A stretch of DNA of 64,000 nt from an uncultured cyanobacterium (lineage in GTDB: Bacteria; Cyanobacteriota; Cyanobacteriia; PCC-6307; Cyanobiaceae): contig CAVONQ010000002.1 of NCBI GenBank assembly GCA_963697335.1, positions 192,001 through 256,000 on the forward strand, in the 5' to 3' direction. Position numbers and translations under genes: made by a program. The notes beneath the pieces are model-generated. The model did not search any database, was not told where the DNA came from, and worked only from the letters and a program-made list of their open reading frames with translations. Shown here piece after piece: positions 57,695 to 64,000 of the stretch. Numbering within the stretch: position 1 is the first letter of the stretch; the number at the start of each line of letters is the position of its first letter.

Positions 57695-58441
57695 TCAGAT
57701 CGAGCCCACCGGCGGACGGGGGGCAGTCGGCGCTGGAGGAGAGTGGCCGTGGCTGCTGCTGAAGCCGCCGGCAGGCCGAAGCCGGCGGAACACCCGGTAG
57801 CCCCGCCGCACCAAGGCCAGGAGGGGCCCAGGCGCCCGCAGCCCCGTGGGCGCGATCAGGGGCCGATACAGCACGTGGTAGGCCCAGCGCAGATCCCGCC
57901 AGGCCCGGCAAGGGGTGGGGTCGAGGAAGTCGGAGATGTCCACGATGTGGCCCCGGCCACGGTGCTGCACGACATTGCGGCCATGCACGTCGTGCCCGTG
58001 CAGGCCCCGGCTCTCGGCATGGGCGATGGCGGCGTCCACGTCGTCCAGCACCTGGGGCGGAATCGGGATTCCCAGTCGGACGCAGTCGTAGAGGGTGTGG
58101 CCGAGCAGACGCTGGAGCACGAGGTAGCCGGCGCCGACGTGATGGCAGCGGGAAAAGGCCGGATGGTTGCCGATGCGGCGGTACACCTCGGCTTCCTCGG
58201 CCAGGCCCGGGCGACCTGGGGCGTAGACCTTCACGACCAGCTGACAGTGGCGCGGATGCAGCAGCACCGCAGCGAAGTTTCCGGTACCGAGGATGCACCA
58301 AGGCCGGGGCAGCCGCTTCACCACCACCGGGTCGCGCGGGTCGGGGCTGTGGAGCAGCAGCTCCGGCAGCAGCACGGACTCCACCTCCGCCAGGAAGGGC
58401 TGGAGAGCCGGCAGGTCGAACCCGGCGTCGGCAGCGGACAT
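57695..58441 (-). CDS. Ser/Thr protein kinase-like protein (minimal)
   Basis: LGTGNFAAV Gly loop, VVKVY, EEAEVY, HGHDVHGRNV catalytic loop, IVDISDF. Confidence 0.82.
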   Translation of the reverse strand: MSAADAGFDLPALQPFLAEVESVLLPELLLHSPDPRDPVVVKRLPRPWCILGTGNFAAVLLHPRHCQLVVKVYAPGRPGLAEEAEVYRRIGNHPAFSRCHHVGAGYLVLQRLLGHTLYDCVRLGIPIPPQVLDDVDAAIAHAESRGLHGHDVHGRNVVQHRGRGHIVDISDFLDPTPCRAWRDLRWAYHVLYRPLIAPTGLRAPGPLLALVRRGYRVFRRLRPAGGFSSSHGHSPPAPTAPRPPVGSI

Positions 58442-58555
58442 GGCGGGCACGGCAGAGGGGACGGGCCTTCGCGAGCGCAAGCTAAGCACCACGTCGCGCT
58501 AACGGCGCACCGATGAAGCCATCAAGCAGAATCGAAAACCCGCTGTTGCGACCCC

Positions 58556-59647
58556 GTGTCGTCTTCCCTGGTGAGCGGTGTCCAGATCGTTCTGGGCATC
58601 GCTCTGCTCTTCGGTGGTGGAGAGCTGTTCGTGGCCGGGTCCGTGGCCCTCTCGCTGCTGCTGGGCATCCCACAGATCGTGATCGGCCTCACGGTGGTGT
58701 CGCTGGGCACCAGCGCCCCGGAGCTGTTCGTGAGCCTGATTTCCACCATCCAGGGGAATCTCGGCATGGCCGGTGCCGACAACCTGGCAGTCAGCAACAT
58801 CGTGGGCAGCAACATCTTCAACGTGCTGGTGGTGCTCGGCCTCAGCGCCATGATCATGCCCCTGCGCGTTCAGAGCCGCCTGGTGCGGCGTGATGTGCCC
58901 CTGCTGCTGGGGGTGTCGATGGCGGTGTGGGGGATGGCCTCGGGCGGACGCGTCACCTGGCAGGCGGGTACGGCCCTGCTCGTGGCGACCGTGATGAACA
59001 TCGTGTGGGAGATGCGCACCGCCCGGGAGAATCCGGAGGAAGGCAACGAGATCGACGCCTCCGAGCGCAGCACCCCCCAGGTGGCCGCGGTGAAGCTGGC
59101 GGCAGGCCTGGCGTTGCTGGTGGGTGGATCCCAGCTGCTGGTGCAGGGCGCCACGGCGGCGGCTCTGGCCCTGGGGGTGAGCACCACCGTGATCGGCCTC
59201 ACGATCGTGGCCGCCGGCACCTCGATGCCGGAGCTGATCACCTCTCTGGTGGCGGCCTACCGGGGCAAGGCCGACCTGGCTATCGGCAACGTAGTGGGCA
59301 GCAATCTGCTCAACCAGCTGGTGATCCTGGGCCTCTGCGCCACCGTGTCCGGCACCCGGGGCCTGGGGGTGGATCCGGTGATGATCCAGCGCGACCTGCC
59401 GATCATGGTGCTCACCACCATCGCTTGCCTGCCGATCTTCTGGACCCAGGGGGTGATCACGCGCCTGGAAGGGGGAGTGCTGGTGGCGCTGTACGGCGCC
59501 TATCTGGTGGAGCAGCTGCTGCTGAGCATCGCGCCGGGCTATTCCGACGAATTCCGCCTGCTCGTGCTGGTGGTGATCGTGCCTGCGTTGATGGTGTTCC
59601 TCAGCTGGCAGGTACTGGCATGGCGGGAGGCGCGCCGTTCTCCCTAA
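58556..59647 (+). CDS. calcium/sodium antiporter (YrbG/CaCA family)
   Basis: two alpha repeats: GTSAPE..NIVGSNIFN and GTSMPE..GNVVGSNLLN. Confidence 0.93.
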   Translation: MSSSLVSGVQIVLGIALLFGGGELFVAGSVALSLLLGIPQIVIGLTVVSLGTSAPELFVSLISTIQGNLGMAGADNLAVSNIVGSNIFNVLVVLGLSAMIMPLRVQSRLVRRDVPLLLGVSMAVWGMASGGRVTWQAGTALLVATVMNIVWEMRTARENPEEGNEIDASERSTPQVAAVKLAAGLALLVGGSQLLVQGATAAALALGVSTTVIGLTIVAAGTSMPELITSLVAAYRGKADLAIGNVVGSNLLNQLVILGLCATVSGTRGLGVDPVMIQRDLPIMVLTTIACLPIFWTQGVITRLEGGVLVALYGAYLVEQLLLSIAPGYSDEFRLLVLVVIVPALMVFLSWQVLAWREARRSP

Positions 59648-59679
59648 CTTCAACCGTGCGCCACTCCCAACCAGACTCC

Positions 59680-59976
59680 ATGCCGGCTTTCCAGCTCCTG
59701 ATCCGGGCCGTGGCGTTCGCGGCAGCATCGCTTGTTCTGGCCTCCTGCGGCCCTCCGGATACCCAGGCTCTGCAGCGCCTGGCCTGTCAGCAGGCTGGCG
59801 CCAACCTCGACATGCAGTCGCTCACCCAGATGGAGGCCCTGCGCAAGGCTCTGGGCCTGGCACCGGATGTGGATCCAATCGCGGCCTGCCGCGCGGTCGG
59901 GGTGGAGCTGAATCCGTCGCCCACCACCCCTCAGTCTGCGGATCAACCCGAGGCCGGCTCCAACCGAGAGGAGTGA
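59680..59976 (+). CDS. small lipoprotein, hypothetical
   Basis: ATG 59680, signal peptide with LASC lipobox, two further Cys. Confidence 0.65.
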   Translation: MPAFQLLIRAVAFAAASLVLASCGPPDTQALQRLACQQAGANLDMQSLTQMEALRKALGLAPDVDPIAACRAVGVELNPSPTTPQSADQPEAGSNREE

Positions 59977-60102
59977 GGCATCCAGCCGCGACCGGCGTGG
60001 TGAGTGGCTGGCAGATCCGCCGCCGCTGGACGCTCCTCACCAACATGCCCCCTGGATTCGGATCCGTTGCACCCCACGTGCACCGCTCTGTTGCTGCTTG
60101 CC

Positions 60103-60538
60103 CCCTGGCCCTCGAGCCCGTTGAGGCCGGCCTGACGGACCGGCAGCCGGCCCGCCCCGGCGAATCGATCTTCGCCCGCGGCATCGGCCGGGACATCCTC
60201 AGGGTCGGTGTGATCTTCGCCCTGATCGTGATCGCCCTGATGGTGTGGAGCTACCGCACCCAGGGGCCCGACGGGCCCTGGAAGACGATGGTGTTCACCA
60301 CCCTCTGCCTGGCCCACATGGGCCAGGCCCTCTCGGCCCGCAGCGACCGCCCCCTGATCCAGGTCAATCCTTTCAGCAACCCCTGGCCAGTTTCTTCGGC
60401 ACGGTGCCCCTGGCGGCCGAGGATCTGCTGGTCTGCGTGGGGGTGAGCCTGGTGTTCTTCGTGGTTCTGGAAACGGACAGGATCGTGCGGCTGTGGTGGC
60501 GCAGTGCCACCTCCGATTCCCCTGCCGTTCAGGGTTGA
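60103..60538 (+). pseudogene. C-terminal remnant of cation-transporting P-type ATPase
   Basis: LALEPVE..RPGESIFARG..WKTMVFTTLCLAHMG..NPFSNP, then frameshift to FFGTVPL..LLVCVGVSL; no N-terminal ATPase domains. Confidence 0.8.
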
Positions 60539-60546
60539 TTCCCTCC

Positions 60547-61206
60547 ATGCTGTCCGTGATCGAACAGGTGCCGCAGCTGATCCTGGCGGCGGTCGAGACC
60601 ACCCCCCTGCTGGGCTACGGCGCCATCGCCCTGGTGATGCTGCTGGAGAACGTGGTGCCGCCGATCCCCTCGGAGGTGGTGATGCCCCTGGCGGGGTTCC
60701 TGATTCAGCAGGGGAAGCTGGAGGTGGTGCCCACCGTCCTCGCCGGACTGCTGGGCACGGTGCTGGGGGCCTGGTTCTGGTATGGCGTCGGCAGGATGGT
60801 CAACGAGAAGCGCCTCGAGCGCTGGCTGGAGCGACACGGCCGCTGGTTCGGCCTGAGGCCGGAGGATCTGGCCCGCAGCCGCCGCTGGTTCAACCGCCAT
60901 GGCGTGGCGGTGGTGTTCTGGGGCCGCATCATTCCGGGCGTACGCACCTTGGTGTCGCTCCCGGCCGGCATCGAGCTGATGCCGCAGCCCCTGTTCCTGG
61001 CCTGGACCACCGCGGGCAGCCTGATCTGGATCCTGGCGCTCACCCTGGCGGGGCAGGCGCTTGGAGCCAGCTACGGCCGGGTGATGACCTGGCTGAAGCC
61101 GTTGGGGTCCATCGTGGCGATCACGCTGGTGGCCGCCGGGCTGCTGCTTCTGGTCGGGTACCTGCGCCGAAGGCGGCAGCGCCAATCCCTACCACCGATG
61201 CGGTGA
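60547..61206 (+). CDS. DedA family membrane protein
   Basis: LENVVPPIPSEVVMPLAGF, FWGRIIPGVRTLVSLPAG. Confidence 0.93.
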   Translation: MLSVIEQVPQLILAAVETTPLLGYGAIALVMLLENVVPPIPSEVVMPLAGFLIQQGKLEVVPTVLAGLLGTVLGAWFWYGVGRMVNEKRLERWLERHGRWFGLRPEDLARSRRWFNRHGVAVVFWGRIIPGVRTLVSLPAGIELMPQPLFLAWTTAGSLIWILALTLAGQALGASYGRVMTWLKPLGSIVAITLVAAGLLLLVGYLRRRRQRQSLPPMR

Positions 61207-61217
61207 GCAGCGCCGGC

Positions 61218-61450
61218 TCACTCGTCCTGCTTGCTGGCGGCCATCGGCGGATCCGAGATCAGGTGCAGATCCACTTGAAGCCCCTTCAGGCAGTGCTGCA
61301 GACGCTCGGAGAGGGTGCGCCGCAGCACCGCCTGGCGCCTTGAGCGCAGGGTCTGTCCCATCACGATCTGGGTGATCCGCCGCTCGGCGACGATGCGGGC
61401 AATGCTGCCGAGCACATCAGCGCTCTCCACCCGCAGCAACCTCATGGCCG
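61218..61450 (-). pseudogene. remnant of KdpD-type universal-stress (USP) domain
   Basis: LRVESADVLGSIARIVAERRITQIVMGQT.RSR..LSERL..VDLHLIS; N-terminal sensor part missing. Confidence 0.65.
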
Positions 61451-61611
61451 CTTCCTGGATCCTTCCCAAGAAGGGTGGTTGCGCTCCGCCATGACCAGCC
61501 TGAGATAGATGCTCCAGAGCGGGAGGAGTCCGACCTCCGCGGGGCCGAGAAGGCACCTGCGGTGTCGGTACTGCTTTTTGCCATAGCATTAATGTCGGGT
61601 ACCTGTGGCCT

Positions 61612-61761
61612 ATTTCCGCTACCGATCGCCCCGATCTCAAGCTGTCCAGCAGCGACAAACAGCTGTTCGTGATGGCTGACGCTCTCGAGGGCATCTCTGT
61701 GGCTGCGTTCGTGCGACCTGCCGCCAAGCAGAAGGCAGCAGAGGCCATCCAGCGTGATTGA
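61612..61761 (+). pseudogene. truncated DUF1778 (TacA/AtaR-type) antitoxin
   Basis: ISATDRPDLKLSSSDKQLFVMADALEGISVAAFVRPAAKQKAAEAIQRD*, RHH pattern; ATT at the expected start; C-terminal half absent. Confidence 0.7.
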
Positions 61762-62074
61762 GCGGTGTCCCTATCCCAGGCGCCACAACCGCTCCAACTT
61801 CGACAGCGGCGAGCCGATCCCCTGCTTTCGCATGGGTCGTCTGGCCAGGGATCTGCGCTGGCGTGGGGAGGGGATCGGCTCGCTGCTGGTCGGCCTTGCC
61901 GTTGAGCGCCGTCTGCAGGTTCGACAATCTGTGGGCGGCTATGCCCTGATCGTCGATGCCATAGGCGATGCCTCGAAGAGCTTCTACCTCCATTACAGCT
62001 TTCAGCCCTACCTCGACCCCCCCCCTCAGCCTCTCCCTCCCGCTTGGAGGACAGCCAGGCCAGGCCAGGCCTGA
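61754..62074 (+). pseudogene. internally deleted GNAT toxin (TacT/AtaT-type)
   Basis: HNRSNFDSGE joined directly to PIPCFRMGRLARDLRWRGEGIG..ALIVDA..FYLHYSF; central section missing. Confidence 0.75.
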
Positions 62075-62230
62075 GCCCTGATGACGCTGACGCATGGGGA
62101 TGTTGAAGGGTTCCTTGAGTCCGAATCGGAAAGCTTGCCCGTCCTTCGTGACCATCAGCGCTGACTCTCCGCCATGACCGGATCTCAACAAGTGACCTGA
62201 GCGGGACGGCTGAGGTCTGTCAGTGATCTG

Positions 62231-63240
62231 TCAGTCGGTCAGCACTTGCTTGAGCGCAACGCGGTCGACCTTGCCACTGGGGTTCAGGGGAATCTCCCTG
62301 AGCACCACAATCTCCTCGGGAGCCTTGTAGCCAATGCGTTCGCGGGCAAAGCGGATCAAGTCACACCTTGATGGCACTGGGGCAACCTGCTGGAGCGTGA
62401 TGGAAGAGAGCACGTTCTCGCCATGCATCTCGTCATGGATGCCGATTGCACCGGCCAGTTCCACGGCAGGGTGTTCGCACAACGCCTTCTCCACATCCTG
62501 GGGGCAGATCTTGGAGCCGTCGTGCACGATGCTCTGCTTGCGCCGACCACAGAACCAGAGATAGCCGTCTGCATCGGCCCGTGTCTCGTCGCCGGTGTCC
62601 AGCCAGCCCCCAAGGAGTGTCTCGGCTATGGCGGAGGGGTTGTCCCAGTAGCCCGTCATCGCAGAAGCTGAACGCAGCCAGACCCGGCCCACTGAACCGA
62701 TCCGGTTCTCCCCGGAGGGGGGCGACACCGTGGCGACCCCGCACTCGCTCATGCGAGGCACTCGTCGATGGCAAAGGCCACGGAGGCCTCGAAATCCCGC
62801 CGCAGCTGCACCGGGACCTTGTCACCACCTGAGAGGCAGAGGCGCACAGGGGAGAAGTCCCGGGGATTGAGGTTCCGGTCATGCATCAGCCCCAGGGGAA
62901 GTGATCCCGCCAGATCTGTGGCGTCCAGCTCGGCGCGGTGCTCATGGTGGTACAGCAACAACACCGCCCCGCTGACCTTCAGGGCATGGTCCATCTCCGG
63001 CACCCATAGCGGTAGTTGAGTGGGGTGATCACCAGGCCCAGCCGGTTGGGCATGAGAGATGCCACCCGTTCTCCCTGCTGGAGCGGCAGGCCTGCATAGA
63101 CCCCCACCAAGCGCTCCACCTGTTGCTCCAGCTCCTGCCAGCGGAGGCTGGTCCGCGGCTCCTGGAGGGCTGGTCCGGTGGGATCGCGGTCCAACCCCAC
63201 GTCCAGCAGCCGATCGAGACGGTCGGGAAGTGTGAGGGGC
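62231..63240 (-). pseudogene. fragmented acyl-CoA synthetase (AMP-binding)
   Basis: three frames: GERVASLMPN..TPLNYRY / CLSGGDKVP / GYWDNP..GWLDTGD..GRRKQSI..PQDVE..GKVDR; P-loop TSGxTG segment missing. Confidence 0.82.
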
Positions 63241-63243
63241 CGC

Positions 63244-64000
63244 TCAGCAGCAGCCGCCCGGCTCCGTGATCGGGGTGGAGGAGGGGGCCGAGCCCTGGGA
63301 GCTGAACGGCAGAGCCCCTCCGCAGCCGGGGAACAGGCCGTAGTGCTGGCTGAAGTCGCCGATGAAGCTGAAGTGCTCAGCGAAGCGGCTCTCCGCCAGC
63401 ATGCGGTAGGTGTTGCCGCACACCGGGAACACACGGCCCGTCTCGATGCTGTGGTGCTTGTCGAACTCCAGCCGATGGGGCTGGCCCGGCACGCTGCCGC
63501 GATAGATCACCGCCTGGCCGTGGTCCTCGCAGGCGTCCTCGAGGCTGTCGCTGTGGAACAGGCGGTAGGTGGCTGAGAAGAACTGCAGCTCGCCGGTGCG
63601 GGCCGCCAGCTGCGGATCGGTGATCGCCAGGGGGCGGTCCTCCACCAGGCGCGGGTCGGCAAAGCCGGCCTGGCGGGCCAGGCGCAGGAAGTCGTTCCAG
63701 TACAGGGCGCCGCCGAGGCATTCGCCGTAGAGCACCGGATCGAGGCGCAGCGCCTCAGGCACCCGCCGGTCGGCATAGACATCGGCGAAATAGAACTCGC
63801 CCCCCGGCCGCAGCAAGCGGCGCACGCCGCTCAGCACCGCCAGCTTGTCGGTGCTCAGGTTCACCACGCAGTTGGACACCACCACATCGAAGCTGCCAGG
63901 CTCCAGGCCCAGGGCGTCGAGCTGCTCGATCCGCCCCTCCAGCAACTGCACGTTGGCAAAGCCGAACTGCTCGGCATGGAAGCCCTGGTGCTCCCGGGCC
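63244..64000 (-). CDS. arsM: arsenite S-adenosylmethionine methyltransferase (5' end lies beyond the window)
   Basis: FDVVVSNCVVNLS, LYGECLGGALYW, FADPRLV, LEDACEDHGQA, C-terminal GGCC; frame open to the window edge. Confidence 0.85.
   Translation of the reverse strand, partial: AREHQGFHAEQFGFANVQLLEGRIEQLDALGLEPGSFDVVVSNCVVNLSTDKLAVLSGVRRLLRPGGEFYFADVYADRRVPEALRLDPVLYGECLGGALYWNDFLRLARQAGFADPRLVEDRPLAITDPQLAARTGELQFFSATYRLFHSDSLEDACEDHGQAVIYRGSVPGQPHRLEFDKHHSIETGRVFPVCGNTYRMLAESRFAEHFSFIGDFSQHYGLFPGCGGALPFSSQGSAPSSTPITEPGGCC

Overview
GC-rich picocyanobacterial chromosome segment (Cyanobium/Synechococcus-like, inferred from psbP, psbY, ycf54, crtH and gene order). Most of it is housekeeping backbone: clpC, lysA-cdaA-uppS-bioB, lipA-recR-psbP, DEAD-box helicase, recDBC, ycf54-pdxJ, bolA-grxD, crtH, trmFO, psbY and tRNA-Lys. 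Two accessory regions interrupt it. The first (~13.2-28.1 kb) opens with a decayed MscS-cNMP gene and an AT-richer two-gene cassette: a vanadium-dependent haloperoxidase with an apparently frameshifted or non-canonical 5' end, plus an uncharacterised alpha/beta hydrolase. It continues with katG, an esterase, a nitroreductase, DUF1254, Coq4-like, CorA, a nitrilase-family amidase next to glutamate decarboxylase, and an SMR-like gene. The second (~56.8-64 kb, after tRNA-Lys) holds several internally deleted gene remnants (collapsed arsS-arsM, P-type ATPase, KdpD-USP, TacA/TacT toxin-antitoxin, acyl-CoA ligase), a kinase, a Ca/Na antiporter, DedA and the 3' part of an apparently intact arsM. The best candidate for an undescribed system is the haloperoxidase-hydrolase(-katG) cassette. 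All family calls come from motif recognition; no database searches were run.
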